From Dendrobates tinctorius (lineage: Eukaryota): a DNA stretch of 64,000 nucleotides. Positions 11,799 to 23,081 of this stretch are shown one piece after another (position 1 is the first letter of the stretch; every line of letters starts with the position of its first letter). The notes beneath the pieces were generated by a model that was given only the letters and a program-made list of their open reading frames with translations, was not told the origin of the DNA and did not search any database. Made by a program: the position numbers and the translations under genes. The stretch lies in NCBI RefSeq assembly GCF_039654945.1, contig NW_027361842.1:7936001-8000000 (forward strand). The letters are read 5' to 3'.

Positions 11799-12469
11799 TC
11801 CCCCCTTTTTCATAGATTTATGCCGATCTTAGTGTAGGTGTTTAACCTCTATTCCTTATTAGGTTAGGATACGTTATTTGGCACACAGATATATGCATGT
11901 ATTTGATACGGGTATATATTTTTGTGCATACATGTTGATTTTTGTTTGGGTGTATTTGTGTATGTATATATATGTGTATATATATATATGTATATATATG
12001 TATATGAGTATGTGTGTGTATATGTACATTTATTGTGTTTTTGATCCTATTATATATAGAAATGGGGATATATTTATACATTCTATGTCCATATGTATAT
12101 ATATGCGTATATATTTATTTTTTTATTTTTTTCAGACTTAATAATATGCTGTAACAAGGTATTGAACAATTATTCATAATAGATTTATTGTCTAAATATC
12201 TTTTTTCCCGTTTTTTTCTTCTTTGTCCTTTTTCCCTTATTTTTTGTTTTTTATATTTTTTCTATTTCTCTACTATACTGATATAGATGTCATATTTTCT
12301 GATTACCTTCGCTAATATGCCATACTCTGTCTGAAACATGTTGCGCAAGTGATATGAGTACCATTAGGATGTTATATCTTTAATCATAGATATGATAGCG
12401 CTATGCGCTTATGTCTGTTAGTCTCTGCCACACTTCCTTTATCTTTCTTCCCCATTTCCGTCCAATTAG

Positions 12470-12600
12470 CTATACCGCGCATGCGCGGTTGACATAGCAA
12501 CGTGACACATAGATATACCGAGTCGCTTTGCCACACTTCCTCATTTTCTTCCCCACTTCCGTCCTGCTGGGCGGACAGCGCATGCGCGGGTTGCGCTAAC
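12470..12600 (+). promoter_or_regulatory. Putative internal promoter of the pLTR (CpG patch with NRF1-like GCGCATGCGC and ETS-like CACTTCC motifs)
   Basis: Two GCGCATGCGC palindromes and repeated CACTTCC in otherwise AT-rich DNA; the second palindrome is also present at the window start. Confidence 0.45.
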
Positions 12601-13152
12601 ACATGTGTGATCACTTAATTCACAGCTGCAGTCTATCTTGGTGATCTTTGTGGCTTAAATAAATTAACCTCCTCCCCGTCTGGTACACATTCCTTCCTAC
12701 CAAGACGGTGGCGTGGTCCCCTGTACTTAGTGTTTTCATTCAATACAGGTCTGTTTAAGGCATCCTCCTTTTACTTTCTTGGGCTATACCTTTATTCTGG
12801 ATACTTAGAATTCTTCCTTTTGTTTTGCTCTTGAGAACATTTAAGAATGGAACACTTGATTATACAGGTATTATTCTGGCGTTCACCTACTTTTTATTCT
12901 TAAGTTTTTTGCTATTTTACGTACATTTTTACTTTTTATATGTGCGCATATACTTACATATGTGATGTGTTTTCTTCTTAACAGAAAATTATGACACACC
13001 TACTGGATGGAATTATTTCTTTTTCTTATTTATGTTGGCAAAAAATATCTATATATATAATCTGATTAATGAATTGATTTTGTATGACAATGAAAACTTT
13101 CCCAACATATTATGTTGACTAAAGGTTATGGTTATTCTTTTTTATAGATAAA

Positions 13153-13189
13153 CCCTTGATAAAGGCTTAGTTTAGCCGAAACGTTGGGG
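13153..13189 (+). ncRNA. Minimal type I hammerhead ribozyme motif in pLTR copy 2
   Basis: Identical to 590-626; followed by AATAAA at about 13216-13221. Confidence 0.7.
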
Positions 13190-13273
13190 ACTCTGTATTT
13201 TTCATGTTCCATGTTAATAAATATTTTTCTGCAAATTAAAAATTTTGTGCCTCAGGTTGTTTATGAATATATT

Positions 13274-14369
13274 GATGAGAACCTGATACCAATGGCAGAC
13301 CTCTCGGATTTTCAAAGAGGCCAAATTGTTGGTGCTCGTATGGCAGGCGCTAGTGTAACAGAAAGTGCCCGAATGCTTGGCGTGTCAAGAGGTACTGTCT
13401 CCAAAGTAATGACTGCGTTTGAAAGAGAAGGAAAAATGTCCGCAGCAAAGCACAGGTCCAGCAGAAAGTCGAAGTTGACTGAGAGGGACCGTCGGACTCT
13501 AAAGCGAATTGTGAGAGAGGATCGAAAGACCACGGCTCCGAAAATCACTGCTGAGCTCAATGAACACCTACAGAACCCAGTTTCCACGAAAACTGTTCGT
13601 CGGGAGCTGCACAAATCTGAATTCCACGGAAGAGCTGCAATTCGAAAACTGCTGCTCTCAATGACAAATGTTTCCAAGCGTTTAGAGTGGTGTAGAAACC
13701 TCCAGAATAGGTCCCTCGAGCAGTGGAAACATGTGATATTCTCAGACGAATCATTGTTTACCTTATTTCCGACCTCCGGCCGAGTGTACTTTTGGAGACA
13801 GCCAAAACAAGCATTCCATCCAGACTGCCTTCTCCCAACCGTAAAACATGGCAGAGGTTCTGTGATGATCTGGGGTGCTATTTCGTGGAGATCCGCCGGG
13901 CCAATGATATCCCTTCATGGAAGAATTAACAGCCGAGATTATTTAGGCATTTTAGGCGACCAAGTGCATCCTATGGTTCAAGCACTGTTCCCGGAGGGGA
14001 ACACCATTTTTCAGGATGATAATGCACCAATTCATACACCTAGAATCGTTAGAGCATGGCGCAAGGAACATTCTAATGAAGTTAAGCATCTCATCTGGCC
14101 CCCACAATACCCAGACCTCAACATTACTAAGCATTTATGGTCGATTTTAGAGATTCAAGTTAGACGTCGATTTCCGCCGCCAACGTCGCTCAAAGAACTG
14201 GAGGGTGTTTTAACTGAAGAATGGGCTACAATTCCTTTGGAAACAATTCACACCTCGTATGAATCCATACCTCGGAGAATTGAGGCTGTAATCACCGCAA
14301 AAGGTGGACCTACACCATATTAAACTAACTTTTGTTTCCAGGTGTTTCCATTATTTTGTCCAACCCCTG
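13274..14369 (+). mobile_element. Tc1/mariner element (3' part; the 5' end is displaced by the Penelope insertion)
   Basis: Transposase ORF followed by terminal ...TTGTCCAACCCCTG and TA at 14370-14371. Confidence 0.85.
13292..14323 (+). CDS. Tc1-family transposase, open ORF of 343 aa, catalytic E apparently replaced by K
   Basis: MADLSDFQRGQIVG HTH start; FSDES, FQDDNAPIH, and YPDLNITKHLW (consensus SPDLNxIExLW). Confidence 0.88.
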   Translation: MADLSDFQRGQIVGARMAGASVTESARMLGVSRGTVSKVMTAFEREGKMSAAKHRSSRKSKLTERDRRTLKRIVREDRKTTAPKITAELNEHLQNPVSTKTVRRELHKSEFHGRAAIRKLLLSMTNVSKRLEWCRNLQNRSLEQWKHVIFSDESLFTLFPTSGRVYFWRQPKQAFHPDCLLPTVKHGRGSVMIWGAISWRSAGPMISLHGRINSRDYLGILGDQVHPMVQALFPEGNTIFQDDNAPIHTPRIVRAWRKEHSNEVKHLIWPPQYPDLNITKHLWSILEIQVRRRFPPPTSLKELEGVLTEEWATIPLETIHTSYESIPRRIEAVITAKGGPTPY

Positions 14370-15236
14370 TATGTTGTCAGTAGTTTATGGAATAAAAGAG
14401 CAATTTACATTTCACTCAAAAATATACCTACTGTCACGGTCCCTCCCACTATCTGTTCCGTTGCGCGCACCTCCCGGCGCGTTCCCGCTTCCCGGCGCAT
14501 CCCCGCGCCCGGCTTCCGGGTATCTCAGCGTCGGGCGCCTGCGCACTGTGTGGATCCTGGCGCTCAGGCCCCTGGGAGCGGTGATGCAGTGGCGCCGCCG
14601 CGACATGGCGGCGCCCACCGACTACTTATGATCGGCGTCAGGCCAGGTAAGGCTCCTATCGATTGCGGTGACGCTGTCTTCTTGTCAGCGCTCGCTGTGT
14701 CCCAGGCCTTACCTCGTTCCTCTGCCTCTAGTTGCGCTACCTCTGGTAGCTCTCTCCCTGCACCTCCAGCCTTTCCTTGTCCGCCTTAAGCTCCAGTGTC
14801 TTCCCTGTCCTGCCTCTCCCGTCTACCTGCCTAGTGTTCATACTTCTCCTGTTCGCCTGTCTTCTGCCTTGTCTCCGATTCAGTGTGTTACCTGTGCCTT
14901 ACTCTCTATTGCAGTCTCCAGCCTGTGCCACCCTGTGCCCCGGTCCTGTACACTGCCCATTCTCCGTGGTCCCTAGGTCCTTCTGTGCCTAACAGCTCGG
15001 ATTCTTCAGTGTCTCCTTTCCAGCCATTAGCCCCAGTCATCCCTTTGGTTCCGGCTGTCGCGGTTCTATCCTCCGTGGGCCTGCCCCTAACACTCCCTGT
15101 ATAGGGGTGGCCTCACCTGGGCCGCTCGCCCTCGGGGGCTCTGGAGCCGTGACCCAGAGGTTCCACTTCCAGGTTGTTCCTACATCTCCACTCGGTAACA
15201 GCAACCGTAAAAGCATAGTCAGGCCATGGACGCGGC

Positions 15237-16569
15237 TGTTATGAATGGGTCACCGAGGAGAAAAAAGCAAAACAAGCTAAGCCACAGAAAACCAGAGTGG
15301 TTGGTAACTATGCAGATTGCACATCCCTGATCTTACCACACAACTAGCAGTAACTGTGGAGCGTGCCTACGATGAACCTAGACGCCTCGTCACGGCCGGA
15401 GGACTACATAAGCCTAAAGCAAGAAAAGGGAAAACTAACTGCCCCAGAGCAGATCCCAAAGGAATAGATAGCCCCCACACAAGTATTGACGGTGAAACAA
15501 GATGAAGGCACAAACACAGGCAGGAAAACAGGCTGAGCAAATGATGGGGCCCAAACTAACTAGACAGGAAAGGAAAGGGAAGACACTATCTGCAACCTGC
15601 AAAAAACCCTACAAAAAATAATGTCCAACACTTCTGATATCAAAATTAACCCTGAAGTCACTAGACTTCTCCCACAATATCAGCACTCTGAAATATTCTG
15701 AGACAGAGCAAAAAGAGACCGAACTAGTAAGGCTGGTTTCACATTTGCGTTAAAACAACGCTGCGCCCTGCGTCGTTAAGCCCCGCCCTGAGCCGGCTCC
15801 CTGCCCGCCCCATCCGGGATCACCGCCTACTTTCGCATTTGCACGCATGCGATCGGCGCACCCTATCTTTAGCATAGGGTGCGCAGATCATGCGCTGCCA
15901 GTGTGAAAGTAGCATGCTGCGCACTTTTGACGGTGCGCCGTGCGCGCCGAAATGCAACATGCTGCATTTCGGCGCGCACGGCGCACCGGCAAAAGTGCGC
16001 AGCACGCTACTTTCACACTGGCAGCGCATGATCTGCGCACCCTATGCTAAAGATAGGGTGCGCCGATCGCATGCGTGCAAATGCGAAAGTAGGCGGTGAT
16101 CCCGGATGGGGCGGGCAGGGAGCCGGCTCGGGGCGGGGCTTAACGACGCAGGGCGCAGCGTTGTTTTAACGCAAATGTGAAACCAGCCTAAGGGACAAAA
16201 AGCCAATTGGCAAAATACTGATAAATAAGAGTGGAAATTCAGCTCAGCCCCCAGCCGGGGCTGGCAGACCACACAAAAAACTGAATAGACCAACAAAATC
16301 AAGTGTGAACATAAGCAGAAAAACTTAGCTTTAGATGACTGGAACAGAGCTGAAAACCAAGAGCTGACAAGCCAGAAGGAATCACCAGCAACTGAATAGG
16401 GCGTCTGCTGTCTTAAATCCAATCTGAGAATCCTGAAATCCAATCGTCATCCTCATTCTCAGGTGGCAGATCTCCACCGATCAAACTAGCCACACCACCT
16501 CCCGTCACCACCAGAGGGAGTTCAGAAGGGGAACTCACAACTGGTGAACCAGAGAATGAACTCACAACA
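15237..16569. mobile_element. Solo LTR of an unrelated element inserted just after the gag start codon
   Basis: TGTT...AACA termini flanked by a CGCGGC direct repeat. Removing it restores MDAAAQKELVFLRENQ. Confidence 0.8.
15731..16188. mobile_element. 458-bp near-perfect palindromic Harbinger-type MITE
   Basis: GGCTGGTTTCACATTTGCG...CGCAAATGTGAAACCAGCC with TAA TSD (15728-15730, 16189-16191). Near-identical ORFs on both strands reflect the palindrome. Confidence 0.92.
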
Positions 16570-17567
16570 CGCGGCTGCTCAAAAAGAGTTGGTTTTCCTT
16601 CGGGAGAATCAAACGCGCATTATGTCCTTTATGAAAACCATGGACTCGCGCCTCTCCGCTCTCCAATCCTCTGACCCTGGTAATGCCGCCCAGATGGCTG
16701 GCTTACAACAAGAATTGGCTCAGCAGCATGACACTCAGACACATATCCTTAGTTACATGGCTTCGGTGGATGATCGATTGCTTTCCTTGCAGTCGGCCGC
16801 CTCAGCTCCCCCTTCTGCTGCGGTTTCCAACCTCCTTCGCAGTTGGCCAAACCACCCCGGTATAACTGTAACGCCAAGTTGTGCTGGGGTTTTCTAAACC
16901 AGTGCTGCCTTCATTTTGAACTTCTGCCCCAGCAATACCCCACAGACCGAGCCAAGGTGGCCTTCATCATGTCCCATTTGGAGGGGGACGCTTTGGCTTG
17001 GGTCAATCCCCTCTGGGAGCGTGATGACCCTGCGGTCACCCAGTTATCCATTTTTTGGACACTTTTCGTTGGGTATTTGACGAACTGGGTCATCTAGCTT
17101 CCACCACTGAAGCTCTGTTTAACCTTTGCCAAGGTTCTCAAACCGTGGGCCAGTACGCCATACAGTTTAGGACCTTGTCCTCCGATTTAAGCTGGAACAA
17201 CTAGGCGTTGGTGGGCGCCTTTTGGCGAGGTCTCTCGAGCCGTATAAAGGATGAGCTTGCTGGTCGTGACACCCCCACAGCTCTGGAAGATCTGATGTCC
17301 CTGGCCACCCAGATTGATCTCCGGTTCCAGGAACGGGCTCGGGAAAGAAGGGTTTCTCGTCCATTGTCTTCGGTTCGCAGACCACCCAGTCCCCGACCCA
17401 GAATCCTCACTCCTGCTTCTGCGCCAGAACCAATGCAGGTGGACCGCCTTAAGCTTTCTGACCAGCATCATAGGGAGAGAAGTCTCCAGGGCCTTTTTTT
17501 CTACTGCGGTAGCAGTTCCCATTTGCTCCGAACTTGTCCTGATTGTCCGGAAAACGTCTCCGCCTAG
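16570..17567 (+). pseudogene. Gypsy 1 gag (sushi/Peg10-like capsid and CCHC knuckle), frameshifted
   Basis: PPRY..CWGFLNQC.LHFELLP..YPTDRAKVAF, FWRGLSSRIKDEL, PEPMQVD, FFYCGSSSHLLRTCP. Confidence 0.88.
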
Positions 17568-20500
17568 GCCAGGTAAGAGAGGCCTCCCTAGGCATATGTG
17601 ATACCTCTCAACCCCTCACTTTGTCTGTCCTCTTGCATGTTGGTGGGAAGCGGGCTTCTTTAGTGGCCTATGTGGACTCGGGTGCCACCGGAAATTTTAT
17701 TAGGCTTGAGGAGGTTAACAAATTTTCTGCTCCTGTGAGGACCTTGGAAAATCCCCAGGTTCTCGTATCCGTAGATGGTGGACCCCTGCAAGAGACCGTT
17801 ACACTTGTCACCCAAGAGGTGGGGTTGCAAGTAGGGGCCCTGCACAAGGAGAAAGTTACGTTTTATGTCTTAGCGGTACCTCCCATCCTATCCTACTTGG
17901 TCTTCCTTGGCTGCGGCTCCTCGAGCCCACCTTGGATTGGCATAACGGCAACGTCTTGCGCTGGGGGGAGTCCTGTCGGGCTCAGTGTCTGCTGTCAGTG
18001 CGTCCCGTAAGTATCCCCCGTCCTTCCCCTGTTCCCTCTGGATTGCCATCAGCTTACAGTGCTTTTCAGATGTCTTTGACAAGAGAGAAGCTGAGACTCT
18101 TCCTCCGCACCGTCCTACGACTGCCCCATCGAGCTCGTTCCGGGTACCACTCCTCCTCGTGGAAGGATTTATCCTCTCTCCTCGGCAGAGACCCAAGCCA
18201 TGTCATAATACATCCAAGACAACCTGGCCAGAGTTTTCATTCGAAAGTCTTCGTCCCCTGCAGGAGCAGGCTTCTTTTTTGTGAAGAAGGATGGGTCTCT
18301 GCGCCCGTGCATCGACTACCGTGGCCTGAATCGCATCACGGTAAAGAACATATACTCACTGCCACTCATCTCTGAGCTCTTTGATCGCCTGAAGGGAGCA
18401 CATGTGTTTACCAAGCTCGACCTACGAGGAGCCTATAATCTTGTTCGCATACGCTCTGGGGATGAGTGGAAGACTGCATTCAACACGCGAGATGGGCACT
18501 ACGAGTATTTGGTTATGCCGTTTTGTCTCTGCAACGCACCTGCAGTATTCCAGGAACTCATTAATGACATCTTTCGAGATCTCCTCTACTCCTGTGTCGT
18601 GGTCTACCTAGACGACATCTTAGTCTTCTCCCCCGATCTGGCCACACATCGTCGAGATGTCCGCCAAGTCTTCCAACGTCTCAGGGAGAACCACCTTTTT
18701 GCTAAGTTGGAGAAGTGCATCTTTGAGCAAACTTCGTTGCCTTTTCTTGGTTACATCGTCTCGAGCTCGGGGTTAGAGATGGAGAAAGTCTCAGCCGTTC
18801 TCAACTGGCCACGTCCCCTCGGAGTAAAGGCAATTCAGCGTTTTTTGGGTTTTGCCAATTATTATAGGAAATTTATCCCCCACTTCTCTTCTTTGACTAA
18901 GCTTATTTCTGCTCTCGTCCGCAAAGGAGCCAATCCCAACCATTGGCCCCCTGATGCGGAGGCCGCCTTTGAAGCCTTGAAACAAGAATTTGCAAAATCT
19001 CCTGTACTCCATTGCCCGGATACCAATAGGCCATTCATTCTCGAGGTTGACGCATCCTCAGTGGGAGCAGGAGCAGTTCTTCTGAAAAAATCCCCCTCTG
19101 GCCGTTCTCTCACCTGCGGATTCTTTTCTAAAGCCTTCTCTGCTCCTGAAGGAAACTATGCCAATGGAGATAGAGAACTGTTGGCCATAAAAATGGCTCT
19201 CGAGGAATGGTGTCATCTTCTCGAGGGAGCCGTCCATCCATTCATCATTTTCACGGATCACAAGAATTTAGCCTACATTCAGTCCGCTCAAAGGCTTAAC
19301 CAACGGCAGGCCAGATGGTCATTGTTTTTCGGACGTTTTGACTTCGAACTCCACTTCCGACCCGGGTATAAGAACATTAAGGCTGATGCCCTATCACGGT
19401 CATTCTTGTCAGTGGATAAGGAAGAGGGAACGGCACATCTCATCGACCCGGCCAAAATCCTTACTGTGGCCCCACTGAACCTGGTTTCCCCACCTTCTGG
19501 TAAAACCCTTGTTTGAAGTACAGACAGACTGAAGGTCCTACGTTGGAGCCATTCGGCTAAGTTTTCTGGACATGCAGGAGTTTTTTCATTTTAATTTAGT
19601 TTTTTACTCTCTCTCGTCTCCCGCCATTATTGGTGGCCTTCGCTTCGCGAAGACGTCCTGGATTTCATCGCCTCCTGTCCTTCTTGTGCCCGGAACAAAG
19701 TCCCTCGACACCCTCCTTCGGGACTCCTACATCCGCTACCGGTGCCTGCAAATCCATGGACCCATGTTGCTATGGACTTCGTCGCCGATTTGCCTCCTTC
19801 TTCAAGATGTACGGTTATATTGCTGGTCGTGGATCGGATTTCCAAAGTGGCCCACTTCATTCTACTGCCTAGCCTGCCTACTGCTCCCGAGTTGGCGAAG
19901 ATCTTCCTACTCCACGTCTTCCGCCTCCATGGTTTTCCTCAGCATATTCTCTCAGATCGAGGGGTCCAGTTTACCTCCCGATTTTGGCGAGCTCTCTGCG
20001 AATTGTTGAAGATAACTTTGGATTTTTCCTCAGCCTATCACCCCCAGTCTAATGGTCAAGTAGAGCGTGTCAACCAGGCTCTAACATCCTACCTTTGGCA
20101 TTTCTCCAGTGCTCACCAAGATGACTGGGTCTCTCTTCTTCCTTGGGCAGAATTTGCCTATAACAATCATCCAAGCGAAGCTTTCTCTAAGTCTCCCTTT
20201 TTTGTGGTTTTTGGTCAACACCCTGGCATCCCCCTTCCTGTTTCCCCTACCTCGGGTGTACCGGCAGCGGACTCCTTGTCTATGGACTTCTCTCAGATTT
20301 GGATGGAGATCAAAGAAGCCCTTGAAAGAGCTAGCCTCAGGATGAAGAGGTATGCTGACAAAAAACGGTTAGACGCTCCCCCGTATTGCCCAGGAGATAG
20401 GGTTTGGTTATCCTCACAGTATATCAGGTTAAAGATTCCCTCCTATAAGTTAGGTCCACGTTACATTGGTCCCTTTGAGATCTTGAGTCGTATCAACGAC

Positions 20501-20819
20501 GTGGCCTACAAGTTGAGATTGCGCACCTCACTGAAAATCCCCAATACCTTTCATGTATCTCTCCTCAAACCTGCGGTATTTAACCACTTTCACTCGGCGT
20601 CTTCTCAGACTTCCCAACCTTGTAGTTCAGATAACATCTTTGAGGTGCGTGATATATTAGCTATGAAGACAGTTAGAGGAAGAACTTTGTCTTTGGTTGA
20701 TTGGAAAGGTTTCGGTCCTGAGGAGAGATCATGGGAACCCCGTGAGAATATTAATGCTCCCCTTATTATGAGACGATTTCTCACCAGCATTAGGAGGAGG
20801 GGGAGTAAAGGGGGGGTAC
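17543..20819 (+). pseudogene. Gypsy 1 pol: protease, RT, RNase H, integrase and chromodomain (multiple frameshifts)
   Basis: VDSGATGNF; [15 protein letters not shown]; VYLDDIL; EVDAS; SDRGVQFTS; HPQSNGQVER; FEVRDIL...VDWKGFGPEERSWEP. Confidence 0.93.
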
Positions 20820-21260
20820 TGTCACGGTCCCTCCCGCTGTCTGACCAGTTGCGCGCACCTCTCGGCACGCTCCCGCTTCCCGACGTGTCCCCGCGCCCGG
20901 CTTCCGGGTATCTTGGCGTCGGGCGCCTGCGCACTGTGTGGATCCTGGCGCTCAGGACCCTGGGAGCGGTGACGCGGTGGCGCCGCCCCTGACATGGCGG
21001 TGCCCACTGACTACTTACGATCGGCGTCAGGCCAGGTAAGACGCCTGACTATCGATTGAGGTGACGCTGTCTTCTTGTCAGCGCTCGCTGTGTCCCAGGC
21101 CTTACCTCGTTCCTCTCCCTGCACCTCCAGCCTTTCCTTGTCCGCCTTAAGCTCCAGTGTCTTCTCTGTCCTGCCTCTCCCGTCTACCTGCCTAGTGTTC
21201 ATACTTCCCCTGTTCGCCTGTCTTCTGCCTTGTCTCCCATTCAGTGTGTTACCTGTGCCT

Positions 21261-21858
21261 GGGGTGCAAATCAAAAATAAAAACAGCCTGGCCTCACTGC
21301 TTGTGCCCGCATTCTCCACCAATTGTAGGGATTCGCTCTGGTAGGCAATAGCTGGGCGGCAGTAACGAGGCAACACACAGGCATAAAGTCCAATTTCAGT
21401 GGTTTTAATGTCACTCAGTAACCAGCAGCTTAACAAAACATGAGGGAAATAAAACACATACTCCAGCTTGGAGAACCACTGGTCCAGACTCACCCCTTGC
21501 ACGGGACGGGCGTAACTAAGAGGCTGCCAGGTACTGCGGCATCTGCCAGGTGCCATTCCCGGGGTTCTTCCGAGTCTTGCTGCAACAGTCCTGCAGCACG
21601 GGAATCCTATATACAAGTTGCAGGCTGCGTCCACACAAGTCCCAAGTAGTTTCCAGAAACACACTCACACTGTGGCATTTACCAACCTCCATTACATAGG
21701 GTCTAACCCCTCCCACAAGTGAGGTAGACATCACACGGGCTGATCACGTGACCCTGACATCATAGCAGGTCCCGTCGTTAAGGAAAAACCCGGCCAAACA
21801 TTAATCTGCTAGGAGAAACATATCTTCCATCCAGTAAAACACCCTTTACTGTACCACA
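21261..21858 (-). mobile_element. Fragment of an unrelated LTR-like sequence abutting the truncated Gypsy 1 3' LTR
   Basis: LTR similarity is lost abruptly at 21260; the minus strand begins TGTGGTACAG at 21858. Family not identified. Confidence 0.45.
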
Positions 21859-21859
21859 G

Positions 21860-21897
<38 letters not shown>

Positions 21898-22176
21898 CTG
21901 CTCAAGAAAATAAAGGGAACACTTAAACAACAGAATATGTGTTAGGCGTCGGGTTTCGGCGTCTGCTCTGCAGGAATCCAGAGCCTCACATTCTGCGGTC
22001 TCCTGCTGTCTATCTACTGCAGAGATTACTTTGCAGTAGACCACTCCAGAGACTAAGTCCCTCTGTGCTCCTACTGGGCATGCTCACGAGGCGATCTCCC
22101 ATTGGAGATCAGGAGTCATGTGCCCAGGTCCAGCTCTCATTAGTCCATCTCGGAGATCTGGAAGGTCCCGCACGGC

Positions 22177-22217
22177 TATAAAAAGCGCGCATGACCGTTC
22201 GGCCATGCGCTAGTATA
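22177..22217 (+). promoter_or_regulatory. LTR TATA box and predicted transcript 5' end complementary to the PBS
   Basis: TATAAAAA at 22177-22184. GCGCTAGTATA at 22207-22217 is the reverse complement of 22808-22818. Confidence 0.7.
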
Positions 22218-23081
22218 GACTTTTCAAGCTAAATGTGTGAATGGTGACGGATGAATGACTCTGGTGACTGACTCATTTGAACCCCTTCCCTCTGATATTA
22301 CGCATGTGGATAGGGAATTAGTGCAGCAGTCAGCGCCAGTCAGTGGCAAGCCTTAGGCCACTGTGCACACCGCACCTCTGCTCTAGCGTCCGACATTGCG
22401 CCTGCTTCCTAGCCTTTTCGTCTAGCGGCCGCGCCCTACGCCACGCTGCAGTTGCAGCCCCCCTTGGCGTCCGCAGTAGCGACGCCGCACACACGGTAGG
22501 TCTAGACGGACACAGTTCCTCTGCCTTGTGTCCTGCTCCTGTGACCAGATACCGTGTGTGCATTTCCCTGTGGTCTGTGACACTAACAGGCTCAGCGTTT
22601 TCGTATGTTTATGTTGCGGCGCCTCTGTGTGTGAACAGAGCCCGCTTTTCGCACTTCGGGTGAAGTCTAACCCGTGCGCATTATACCGCCATATTGCTCA
22701 TCTGTCATTACCTAGCAGCGGTGTAACACCTACTGCACGGTGGACCCCGAGCGGCGAACGCACTTTATTATTTATTTTTATTTAGTGCGTACCGCCGTTC
22801 CTAACATTATACTAGCGCCAGGGTCTGGCTAGTAATGGCAGATCAGCAGCAACTCCTTCAGTGCATTCATGAGCTAGAGGGCCGGTTGGCTACTCTTGAG
22901 TGTTATCTCAGCGACGAAGTCTTCGGAGGCTGCTATACAGGCGATCGCAGAGGCGGTTGCACGTATGTCCACGTCCTCCCCTGCGCCGACAGTTTCCCGC
23001 CTCCCGTTGCCCGATACATTTTCTGGCGATTGCGCCTCCTGTAGGGGTTTCGTGAGCCAGTGCTCTATCCAGCTGGAGTTA

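Larger units (their letters stand above)
8639..13273 (+). mobile_element. Penelope-like retroelement (Neptune-type) unit with downstream pLTR
   Basis: RT plus C-terminal GIY-YIG ORF, followed by a long direct repeat that contains a hammerhead motif. Confidence 0.92.
14432..21260 (+). mobile_element. Chromoviral Ty3/Gypsy (sushi-like) LTR retrotransposon 1; degenerate, 3' LTR truncated
   Basis: 5' LTR 14432-~15212 (TGTCACGG...), gag-PR-RT-RH-IN-chromodomain order, PPT ending at about 20817, and 3' LTR 20820-21260 matching the 5' LTR. Confidence 0.93.

Noticed and set aside
13184-13291. N-terminal extension of the 379-aa ORF
   Set aside because: Chance read-through from the pLTR starting at TTG; the transposase starts at ATG 13292.
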